Source: a virus
Lineage: Duplodnaviria > Caudoviricetes
Length of the DNA: 27,009 bases
Direction: 5' to 3' (one strand)
Virus record (IMG/VR): IMGVR_UViG_3300025032_000032
Location: 1-27,009 of that record
Part shown: positions 8,494-16,079 of the stretch, piece by piece
How the letters are laid out: every line of letters begins with the position of its first letter
How positions within the stretch are numbered: the first letter of the stretch is position 1
Translations under genes and position numbers: made by a program
The notes under the pieces: model-generated
The model's input: the letters and a program-made list of their open reading frames with translations, nothing else
Databases searched by the model: none
Told to the model about the DNA's origin: nothing

Positions 8494-9810
8494 ATGAATT
8501 TTCTAGACAAATTTCAACAAGATCAAGAAGCCGCAAAATCTGATCTAACATCAATATTGAATCAAAAAGCTTTTGATCTTCTTGATTCATATGCCGATGG
8601 CCCAGAAGTTGAAGTAGTTACTTTCTCTGATGAAGAAGCTGCTCTAACAGAAGAAGACCTCGGAGAAATGTTCGACGAAGAATTCGATGCTATCGATGAG
8701 GGTCTTGGTTCTCTTGCAGGCTTATCTAAGCACTTAATCAAGACGGTTACTGGGCTCGGCCGTGCAGGTGAACACTCAGAAGTAGAGACTCATTCAATCA
8801 AGAACAAATCTGCTCACCGCGCAGTTATTAATCAAGCACTCGATGACGGACACGTTCCTGTTGTGTATGTAAATGGTAAAATCCACTCTGCTGGCCATTC
8901 TACAGGCTCTTCTAACGGCCGCCCAGAGTTCAATATCCATGACTCAGATAAGCAAAAAGAAGAGCAAGAAACAATCAGACCCAAGCCGCGCCGGGCCGGC
9001 GGCAAGGTGTATTACCCAGCCTCTTATACCGTGCCAAACAAACGTTATTCAAAAGGTGATGCTCTAAGTAAACTTACTCCGGGCCACGAAGCTTCATTCT
9101 ACAAAGATAATAAGGTTGAAGTTAAAGTTGTTAAGGCTGACAAGGTTCGCCAAAAACTTAAAACCGATCGCCATGCTAATAGACCAGCAACTCAAAACAA
9201 CTATGTAAAATCAAAACCTGGTGATAAGAATGTCGATCAGTATTTAGATGGTAAAACAAAGACATCTACTACATCTGCCGGGGACAATCTTAAAGCAATC
9301 AAAGATCATGCAGCACTCCGTTTAGCTACTAAAAAATTGGGTGGTGATTCCCCTTCTGCTAGCAAGAAGGCTATGGATCTCCATGCAGAACTTGGTAAAC
9401 ACCTTGCTGCTGGCAATCACAAAGACGCAATTAATACTGCTAATGCTCTTGCTGATCATGTTCGGCAGCAAGGTTTAACTACACATGCAGACAAGATTAA
9501 GGATTATGCCGATGCGCTTAAAGATCTTAAAGATACATGGCGTGACAAGGGATATACACATAAAAAGTTAGCAGCAATGCGCGGTGAAACTAATGAATCC
9601 GAAGTAATTGAATCATTAGAATCTATGCTCACCGAGATGTTGAATATTAATGAAGCAGTTGTTGCCGGATCTGTTAAGAAAGATAAGCATGGCAATGTTC
9701 TTTCTTTTAAATCAATTGGTGATAAGAATCCGGAAAAACAGTATGATGATTCTGTAAAGAAAGATTTGGAAGCTCGCAAAAAGTATAATTCCGATTTTGG
9801 TAAAAAATAA
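8494..9810 (+). CDS. gp67-like prohead core protein extended by a large basic cargo region
   Basis: Occupies the gp67 position after the portal; acidic N-terminal ~70 aa (AKSDLTSILNQKAFDLLD...IDEG), then ~300 aa rich in K/H, then an acidic LTE/INE linker. Confidence 0.6.
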   Translation: MNFLDKFQQDQEAAKSDLTSILNQKAFDLLDSYADGPEVEVVTFSDEEAALTEEDLGEMFDEEFDAIDEGLGSLAGLSKHLIKTVTGLGRAGEHSEVETHSIKNKSAHRAVINQALDDGHVPVVYVNGKIHSAGHSTGSSNGRPEFNIHDSDKQKEEQETIRPKPRRAGGKVYYPASYTVPNKRYSKGDALSKLTPGHEASFYKDNKVEVKVVKADKVRQKLKTDRHANRPATQNNYVKSKPGDKNVDQYLDGKTKTSTTSAGDNLKAIKDHAALRLATKKLGGDSPSASKKAMDLHAELGKHLAAGNHKDAINTANALADHVRQQGLTTHADKIKDYADALKDLKDTWRDKGYTHKKLAAMRGETNESEVIESLESMLTEMLNINEAVVAGSVKKDKHGNVLSFKSIGDKNPEKQYDDSVKKDLEARKKYNSDFGKK

Positions 9811-9819
9811 GAGTAAAAT

Positions 9820-10182
9820 ATGGCACTCGTTAAAACAATTTTAAAAGCTACACCAACAGAAGTAATTATAAAGTGGACTGGCTTGGGTGCTGATACACTT
9901 ACTTTAGCTTCTTTGGTTTCTGCTGGGCAAACAGTCACTGGTACCCCAGCAGTCTCAATCGATTCGGTATCAGTTACATCTTCGGGTGATACTACTGTGA
10001 CTCGAAACGCAGTAGTTGCATTCCAAATTAATGGCAACTTTGACTACAATATGGGTTCTGTTAATACAGGCTCAGTTGCAGAAAATCCTGGGTCTGATAT
10101 CGTAGTTAATATGGTAGCATTGGGAACTCTGATTCTTAGAGTTCGCAAGATATCTGGCTATTCTGCTCAAAACCCATTCTAA
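9820..10182 (+). CDS. Small beta-rich head-module protein (gp68 position)
   Basis: V/T/S/G-rich 120 aa directly upstream of gp21; GAG RBS; function inferred from synteny only. Confidence 0.6.
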   Translation: MALVKTILKATPTEVIIKWTGLGADTLTLASLVSAGQTVTGTPAVSIDSVSVTSSGDTTVTRNAVVAFQINGNFDYNMGSVNTGSVAENPGSDIVVNMVALGTLILRVRKISGYSAQNPF

Positions 10183-10194
10183 GAGAATAATAAA

Positions 10195-10845
10195 ATGAAA
10201 TTCCTGACCGAAATTATTAATGATCCGCTAAGTCTTTTGATGGAGGCAGGACCCGACGGCAAGAAGAATCTTTTTATTCAGGGCCCTTTTGCAGTAGCAG
10301 AATCAAAAAACAAAAACGGCCGCATTTATAAAAGAGAAATTCTTGAAGCTGCTATCGGTAAATATGACACAGACTATATTAAGAATTCACGAGCTCTGGG
10401 TGAGATGAATCATCCCCCACGGTTGAATATTGATTATGAACGTGCCACACATATGATTACAGAAATGAAGCAGGATGGCAATGTTTGGATTGGCAAAGCT
10501 AAGGTATTAAACACACCAATGGGCTCTATTCTAAAGGGTCTTCTTGAATCTGGTGTTAATGTGGGTGTTTCTACCCGAGGTGCGGGCTCTATCACAGAAG
10601 CTAATGGTGTCAAACAAGTAGGTTCTGATTATTTTCTAACTGCTGTTGATGCTGTATCCGATCCATCTGGTCCCGGATGTATTGTTAATGGTATTATGGA
10701 AGGCAGAGAATATGATCTTGACTCAAAAGGTCAAGCAATTATTGAAGACATCGCAGCAAAAGCTAAGCGTGACTATGACAGAAAAGTTCTTACAGAAGCA
10801 CGTAAAATTGAGTTATTCAAACAATTATTAGAAGCTATAAAATGA
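10195..10845 (+). CDS. gp21: Prohead core protease
   Basis: NKNGRIY, RALGEMNHP, GKAKVLNTPMG, GVSTRGAGS, DAVSDPS motifs. Confidence 0.96.
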   Translation: MKFLTEIINDPLSLLMEAGPDGKKNLFIQGPFAVAESKNKNGRIYKREILEAAIGKYDTDYIKNSRALGEMNHPPRLNIDYERATHMITEMKQDGNVWIGKAKVLNTPMGSILKGLLESGVNVGVSTRGAGSITEANGVKQVGSDYFLTAVDAVSDPSGPGCIVNGIMEGREYDLDSKGQAIIEDIAAKAKRDYDRKVLTEARKIELFKQLLEAIK

Positions 10846-11339
10846 ATAAAGAATTAAATCTAATTTCCGAAGCATACGTTGATATGCTTTCAGAGAATCT
10901 CCCTGTTGCGCCCTCGGAAGCTATTCTGCGTAATGCTGAAGCAACGCGTGCCGGCAAATCACACACACAAATGGCCGATGATCATGAAAAATATGCGGCG
11001 CACATGATCCGTATTGGTCAAACTGGCTTGGGTTATCGTTCGCGACTGTTAGCTGCTCAACACAGAAAACTTGCTGAATCATTCGTCGATAGCAATATTA
11101 CTGAATCTTTCAATGAAACCGATGATGTATTTTTCCATCCACAACGGATCCATTTAAAGTCATTCACAGATAAAGATGTGACTAAGGCTGATCACGAAGA
11201 AGCAATTAGGTTTCACCAAAAAGAACTTGATAATTCTAAATCACATAAAGATTATCCATATTCGGGTATGAGAGCAAGAGCTGCATACCATGAAATGAGA
11301 GTAAAAAAGCACAAAGAAGCTAAAGCAAAACTTAAATGA
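10842..11339 (+). CDS. Putative internal head protein inserted between gp21 and gp22
   Basis: MNKELNLISEAYVDMLSE leader; further LAE/ITE/FNE motifs separating two His-rich helical segments; ATGA-type overlap with gp21. Confidence 0.55.
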   Translation: MNKELNLISEAYVDMLSENLPVAPSEAILRNAEATRAGKSHTQMADDHEKYAAHMIRIGQTGLGYRSRLLAAQHRKLAESFVDSNITESFNETDDVFFHPQRIHLKSFTDKDVTKADHEEAIRFHQKELDNSKSHKDYPYSGMRARAAYHEMRVKKHKEAKAKLK

Positions 11340-11387
11340 ATTTGAACAACTATCTGTTCAACCACATTGATGTACATTTTTGAAAAG

Positions 11388-11395
11388 ATTAAATA
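11388..11395 (+). promoter_or_regulatory. Putative late promoter (ATTAAATA) for gp22-gp23
   Basis: Upstream of the GGAG RBS of gp22. Confidence 0.5.
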
Positions 11396-11418
11396 AATCA
11401 TAATTCGGAGAATTAAAC

Positions 11419-12306
11419 ATGACCCTAGAAGAACGAATCAAACAAATGCTTGAAGAAAGCACAAAGCAAACTGAAGTTACTACAGAAGAAGTTGCTCCAG
11501 TTACAGAAGAAGTAACAGAAGAAGTTGCTCCAGTAACAGAAGAAGTTGCCGCGCCAGCTAAAAAGACCAAAGCAATCAAGGAAGACTCACAAGTATCTTC
11601 TCAAGTTACTGCTCTTCTTGAAGCCGAAGGTCTTTCGGAAGAATTCAAACTACAAGCTGTAACAATTTTTGAAGCAGCCGTAACAGATCGCGTAATTCAG
11701 ATCCAAGAAGAATTGGAAGCTGAATACGAAGAAAAACTCGATGAGGCCAAGGCCGAACTCGAAACTAATATTGATGGATTTTTGAATGAAGCTGTTCAGG
11801 AATGGGCAGATAATAATCAGGTAGCAATTGAGTCTAATTTCAAGACACGTCTTGCAGAAAGTTTCATGGATGGTCTTCAGTCACTATTGGCTGAACACAA
11901 TATTGATCTGCCAGAAGAGTCCGAAGATGCTCTAGAAATTGCTTTAGATGAAGTTAATAAACTTGAAGAACAAGTCTCCAGTGTTGATGAAGTTATTGCC
12001 GAAATGCAAGAAGAAATAAATACACTTAAGGCAGAAAAGATTCTTGAGTCGTTTTCTGAAAAGATGACCTCGACCGAATTCGATCGCTTCGTTCAATTAA
12101 CAGAGTCTGTTAAGTTTACAGACGAAACCCAGTATGCCAAACAACTTAGCATTGTGCTAGAAAACTTTGGTAAGATTACTGCAAATAAGGAAGAACAAGA
12201 AGAACAAATTATGGAACAAGTAGATGAAGTACCTAATGCTCAACCAATTGTTACAGAAACATTCTCCGCAGTTAACCGTTACGCACAATATCTTACTAAA
12301 AAGTAA
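11419..12306 (+). CDS. gp22: Prohead core scaffolding protein
   Basis: Acidic coiled-coil; LSEEFKLQAVTIFEAAV, WADNNQVAIE, AESFMDGL motifs; immediately upstream of gp23. Confidence 0.93.
   Translation: MTLEERIKQMLEESTKQTEVTTEEVAPVTEEVTEEVAPVTEEVAAPAKKTKAIKEDSQVSSQVTALLEAEGLSEEFKLQAVTIFEAAVTDRVIQIQEELEAEYEEKLDEAKAELETNIDGFLNEAVQEWADNNQVAIESNFKTRLAESFMDGLQSLLAEHNIDLPEESEDALEIALDEVNKLEEQVSSVDEVIAEMQEEINTLKAEKILESFSEKMTSTEFDRFVQLTESVKFTDETQYAKQLSIVLENFGKITANKEEQEEQIMEQVDEVPNAQPIVTETFSAVNRYAQYLTKK
11482..11547 (+). repeat. Tandem 33-bp repeat x2 encoding TEEVAPVTEEV in gp22
   Basis: acagaagaagttgctccagtWacagaagaagtW at 11482-11514 and 11515-11547. Confidence 0.85.
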
Positions 12307-12348
12307 GTCATACAAATAAAACAAAATCCACAATAAGAGGAAAACAAA

Positions 12349-13665
12349 ATGGCAGTTCAAACAGTAGAACAATTAATGGAAAAATGGGCACCAGTGCTCG
12401 ACGCCGAAGGCGTTTCTCCAATCACCAGCATGCACCGTCGTCAAACGACTGCCGTGTTGCTTGAAAACACCGAGCAGGATATCATCCAATCTCGTCAAAT
12501 GCTATCAGAAGCAGGTCCAAGTACAGTTACCAATGGTTATACCAATGGTGCAGGCGGCGACGGCTTGGCTAAGTTTGACCCGGTATTGATCAGCATGGTT
12601 CGTCGTTCAGCACCACAAATGCTTGCATACGACATCTGCGGTGTTCAACCACTTCGTCAGCCTACAGGTCTTATCTTTGCTCTCCGTTCTAAATACGGCG
12701 CTCAAAATGGCACTGAAGCTCAATTCAATGAAGCTAACACAGCATTCTCTGGTGCTGCTTCTCCTGCACACGCAGGCACCGATCCAACTGCTGACTTCGT
12801 CGATCAAGACACAGGCACCGTCGGTGATCAATTCGGTACAGTCACTACTGGTGTTGGTTTGGCTACAGAGGTCGGCGAAACTTTGGGTTCAACGGGCCCA
12901 GCGTTTGGTGAAATGTCTTTCACCATTGAATCTCTATCCGTTACTGCACAAACACGTGCATTGAAGGCTGGTTACTCAGTTGAATTCGCTCAAGACGTTA
13001 AGAACCTTCACGGTCTTGATGCCGATGCCGAACTCAGCAACATCCTTTCAACAGAAATCTTGTCTGAAGTAAACCGCGAAGTTCTTCGCACTATCTATTC
13101 TGGTGCTAAAGTTGGTGCTCAAGGTGCTACGGTTCCTGGTGTGTTCAATCTTACCGCTGATTCTGATGGTCGTTGGTTAGCAGAACGTCATAAAGGTCTG
13201 TTGTTCCAAATCGAACGCGAAGCTAACGCTATCGCTCAAGAAACTCGCCGAGGCAAAGGTAACATGCTTGTTTGCTCAAGTGATGTGGCTTCTGCTCTTG
13301 CAATGGGTGGTATGTTGGATTATGCTCCAGCTTTGGCTAACGACATCAACGTTGATGATACAGGCGCTACATTCGCAGGTGTTTTAAACAAGAAAATGCG
13401 CGTTTACATTGACCCATACTCTGGTTCAGCTGGTACAAATAGCCAATTCTTCATGGTTGGTTACAAAGGCGCTTCGGCATGGGATGCAGGACATTTTTAC
13501 TGTCCATATGTGCCGTTACAGATTGTTCGCACAACCGACCCAACAACAATGAGTCCAGTGCTTGCTTACCGTCTCCGCTACGGTATGGTTCGTAACCCAT
13601 TCTTCAAGACTGCTGGTAGAACCAATGCATATTACCGTATTTGCGCGGTTCGCAACATAATTTAG
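12349..13665 (+). CDS. gp23: Major capsid protein
   Basis: KWAPVLD, FDPVLISMVRR, GVQP..PTGLIFALRS, RALKAGYSVE, ELSNILSTEI, TRRGKGN, FYCPYVPL motifs; LSE/A maturation site near residue 54. Confidence 0.98.
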   Translation: MAVQTVEQLMEKWAPVLDAEGVSPITSMHRRQTTAVLLENTEQDIIQSRQMLSEAGPSTVTNGYTNGAGGDGLAKFDPVLISMVRRSAPQMLAYDICGVQPLRQPTGLIFALRSKYGAQNGTEAQFNEANTAFSGAASPAHAGTDPTADFVDQDTGTVGDQFGTVTTGVGLATEVGETLGSTGPAFGEMSFTIESLSVTAQTRALKAGYSVEFAQDVKNLHGLDADAELSNILSTEILSEVNREVLRTIYSGAKVGAQGATVPGVFNLTADSDGRWLAERHKGLLFQIEREANAIAQETRRGKGNMLVCSSDVASALAMGGMLDYAPALANDINVDDTGATFAGVLNKKMRVYIDPYSGSAGTNSQFFMVGYKGASAWDAGHFYCPYVPLQIVRTTDPTTMSPVLAYRLRYGMVRNPFFKTAGRTNAYYRICAVRNII

Positions 13666-13685
13666 ATGATAACAGTTATCATCTA
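13663..13685. repeat. Perfect 11-bp inverted repeat TAGATGATAAC-A-GTTATCATCTA overlapping the gp23 stop codon
   Basis: Read directly from the sequence. Confidence 0.85.
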
Positions 13686-13700
13686 CGGATGATAATGAAT

Positions 13701-13724
13701 AAAGGGAACTTCGGTTCCCTTTTT
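13701..13724 (+). terminator. Rho-independent terminator after gp23 with a C(UUCG)G tetraloop
   Basis: AAAGGGAAC-TTCG-GTTCCCTTTTT; UUCG-loop terminators are typical of T4-like phages. Confidence 0.92.
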
Positions 13725-13726
13725 AG

Positions 13727-13754
13727 TTTACAAAAATTCTAATTGGTTTAAAAT
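13727..13754 (+). promoter_or_regulatory. Putative sigma70-type (early-like) promoter for the homing endonuclease
   Basis: (G)TTTACA-16 nt-TAAAAT; the same TTTAC -35 occurs at 16042, 17034 and 26028. Confidence 0.55.
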
Positions 13755-13773
13755 AATCTTATTTGCAATAATT

Positions 13774-15240
13774 ATGATAGAAGAACTCAAAACACTTATA
13801 ACTGGGAAAAACGGGACAATCTGTTCTTCGAGGATGACAGAAAAATTTATGAAAAAACAGGAAAAAAATTTTCATAAGTTTATAATGGAATCTACGAATT
13901 TTTATTTAGATTCAGAGATAAATTATAGTAAAAGAATAGAACTTTTACTCACAGGTGTAACTGAGAGAATGGTTTGTCTTAATTGTGGTGTTGGGCTTGA
14001 TCCAAACAAAAGAGGTAAGAATAGAAATTATTGTTCATCTAATTGTTGTGGCGCTGCACAAAGGGGTAAAACTTGGGTTCAATCAACCGAAACTAAGAAA
14101 AAAGCAGACACACAAAGATCCAAAAGCAATTTGAAAAAATATGGCTATAACTATAATAGCCAAAGACCAGAAATAAAACAAATTTTAGCTTCAAATGCAA
14201 AAAAACATTATGCTGCACAAGGAATTGATTATAACAAATTAGACGATATAGATTATCTTGTCAAATTATACTATGAAGAAAATCAAACTCTAACCGATAT
14301 TTCAGAAATAGTTAATTGTTATTATGGGACTATTAGTGATAGATTAAAGTCTGCCGGTCATACTATAAAAACTTCGTATAATACTTCTAAAGAAGAAAGA
14401 TATTTAGCCAATTTTTTGATTGAATTGGGAATTGATGTGGTAATTAATACTCGTGATCTAATTCACCCATATGAGATTGACATTTTTGTCCCAGATCGCA
14501 ATTTAGCAATTGAATACAATGGATTACCTTGGCATTCAGAATTATTCGGGAACAAAGATTCAAATTATCATTTAAACAAAACTATAATGTGTCAGGAAAA
14601 AGGGATTAAACTAATTCATGTTTTCTCTAATGATTTTCATAATAATGATGTGATCGTAAAATCAATTATAAGAAATGCTGTGGGTAAAAATGAAAATAAA
14701 ATACCGGGAAGAAAAACTAAAGCAAAAGAAATAAGTAAAAAAATTGCCGCAAGTTTTCTCAGAGAAAACCATCTCAAAGGGAATACTGGTTGTAACATTG
14801 CAATTGGTCTTTTTTATGATAGTGAATTAGTTCAAGTTACTACATACGGAAAACCTAGATTCAACAAATCACATTCATATGAAGTTATTAGATCTGCTAC
14901 GAAAATTAACACAACTGTAGTTGGAGGTTTTTCTAAAATTAATAATTTCTTTGTGAAAAATTATTGTACCCATGGTAATACTATAATTACATATGCGGAT
15001 AGATCAATTTCTAATGGGAATGTATACGAAAAAGCTGGATTTGTTTTTAACAAGTTCACTAAACCAGGCTATTATTACACTAAGAAAAACATTGTTTATT
15101 CAAGACACGAATTTCAAAAACATAAGTTGGTTAACATGGAAGGTTATTCTAAAGATAAAACCGAATGGGAAATAATGAAGGAAAACAAATATGATAGATT
15201 TTGGGATTGTGGAAATTCTATTTTCATCTATACAGTTTAG
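13774..15240 (+). CDS. Hef-like free-standing homing endonuclease (PD-(D/E)xK/Vsr-type) with Zn-finger, HTH and C-terminal GNAT-like region
   Basis: CxxC...CxxxC; NLKKYG repeat; HTH-like LTDISEIVNCYYGTIS; SKEE...EIDIFVPDRNLAIEYNGLPWHS nuclease motif; FLRENHLKG, VVGGFSK, ITYADR, WDCG tail; very AT-rich. Confidence 0.8.
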   Translation: MIEELKTLITGKNGTICSSRMTEKFMKKQEKNFHKFIMESTNFYLDSEINYSKRIELLLTGVTERMVCLNCGVGLDPNKRGKNRNYCSSNCCGAAQRGKTWVQSTETKKKADTQRSKSNLKKYGYNYNSQRPEIKQILASNAKKHYAAQGIDYNKLDDIDYLVKLYYEENQTLTDISEIVNCYYGTISDRLKSAGHTIKTSYNTSKEERYLANFLIELGIDVVINTRDLIHPYEIDIFVPDRNLAIEYNGLPWHSELFGNKDSNYHLNKTIMCQEKGIKLIHVFSNDFHNNDVIVKSIIRNAVGKNENKIPGRKTKAKEISKKIAASFLRENHLKGNTGCNIAIGLFYDSELVQVTTYGKPRFNKSHSYEVIRSATKINTTVVGGFSKINNFFVKNYCTHGNTIITYADRSISNGNVYEKAGFVFNKFTKPGYYYTKKNIVYSRHEFQKHKLVNMEGYSKDKTEWEIMKENKYDRFWDCGNSIFIYTV

Positions 15241-15318
15241 CTTAAAAATAGTCAATTAAGCATGGAATAGATCATAGCTAATAGTTGTGATGTTCATGGT
15301 AATAATGTCTACGTCTGG

Positions 15319-15326
15319 AATAAATA
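15319..15326 (+). promoter_or_regulatory. Putative late promoter (AATAAATA) for rpoZ-like gene and gp3
   Basis: Followed by AAGGA RBS (15331-15335) and ATG 15345. Confidence 0.55.
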
Positions 15327-15344
15327 GTAAAAGGACCCATCACT

Positions 15345-15548
15345 ATGAAAAAACTTAAACAATCTCGGCAATCCGAACTCAATATAGAAACTATCCGAGC
15401 TCAAGGAAACATTTATGACACAATTCTTATTGCTTCGCAAAGAGCATACGAACTTCGTAAAGGTGCAATGCCAAAAATTAACGACAATGAAGATCCATAT
15501 AATTCAGGTTGTATGACTGCTCTGTTAGAGATTCAAGAAGGTAAATAA
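15345..15548 (+). CDS. rpoZ: RNA polymerase omega subunit (RpoZ)-like protein
   Basis: GNIYDTILIASQRAYEL and TALLEIQEGK correspond to the bacterial omega motifs GNRFDLVLVAARRARQ and IALREIEEG. Confidence 0.8.
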   Translation: MKKLKQSRQSELNIETIRAQGNIYDTILIASQRAYELRKGAMPKINDNEDPYNSGCMTALLEIQEGK

Positions 15549-16028
15549 ATGGATTATAATACACTAAAAAGTAATTCCTTTCAGTTTTCTATTGAAAGAA
15601 TACCAGAAACAATTTTTAGAACAACTGCAATAAGTTTACCAAGTATTTCGGTGCCAGCGCCAATGGTATCTTCGGCCGCTTCTAATCAGTGGTTTCCTGG
15701 GTCAACATCTGAATTTTCTCCTTTAGATATCACTTTTATTGTCGATGAAAATTTAAAGAATTACGAAGAAATTTATCGTTGGATCACTCAGCAGCGGTAT
15801 TCTATTGGTGATGAATTTACTCCCAAAAATTTCACAGAAGATAAACTTGTTTCAGATGCAGTATTATTAACATTAACCAATGCATCTAATCCAAATCGTA
15901 TTATCAAATTTTATGATTTGTTTCCGACTTCTCTGTCTAATATAACTTTCACAACACAAAGTGCAGAGCCAACCCCGGTTGAATGTACTGCCACATTTTA
16001 TTATTCGAGATTCGTTTTTGTGAATTAA
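15549..16028 (+). CDS. gp3: Tail completion / tube terminator and sheath stabiliser
   Basis: N.L..N.FQF.I.RIP, SLPSIS, L.ITFIVDENLKNYEEIY.W, SDA.L, F.DLFPTSLS motifs; synteny gp23-gp3-uvsY-uvsW. Confidence 0.9.
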   Translation: MDYNTLKSNSFQFSIERIPETIFRTTAISLPSISVPAPMVSSAASNQWFPGSTSEFSPLDITFIVDENLKNYEEIYRWITQQRYSIGDEFTPKNFTEDKLVSDAVLLTLTNASNPNRIIKFYDLFPTSLSNITFTTQSAEPTPVECTATFYYSRFVFVN

Positions 16029-16041
16029 TGCATAAAAAGAT

Positions 16042-16074
16042 TTTACTTTTGTACAAATCCATATACAATAAATA
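16042..16074 (+). promoter_or_regulatory. Overlapping sigma70-type (TTTACT-16-TACAAT) and late-type (AATAAATA) promoters firing into the non-coding region
   Basis: -35 at 16042-16047, -10 at 16064-16069, late box at 16067-16074; no long ORF downstream for 1 kb. Confidence 0.55.
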
Positions 16075-16079
16075 CTAAT

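Noticed and set aside
11482-11547. gp22 tandem repeat as a diversity-generating element
   Set aside because: A simple in-frame duplication in a low-complexity scaffold linker; common and unremarkable.
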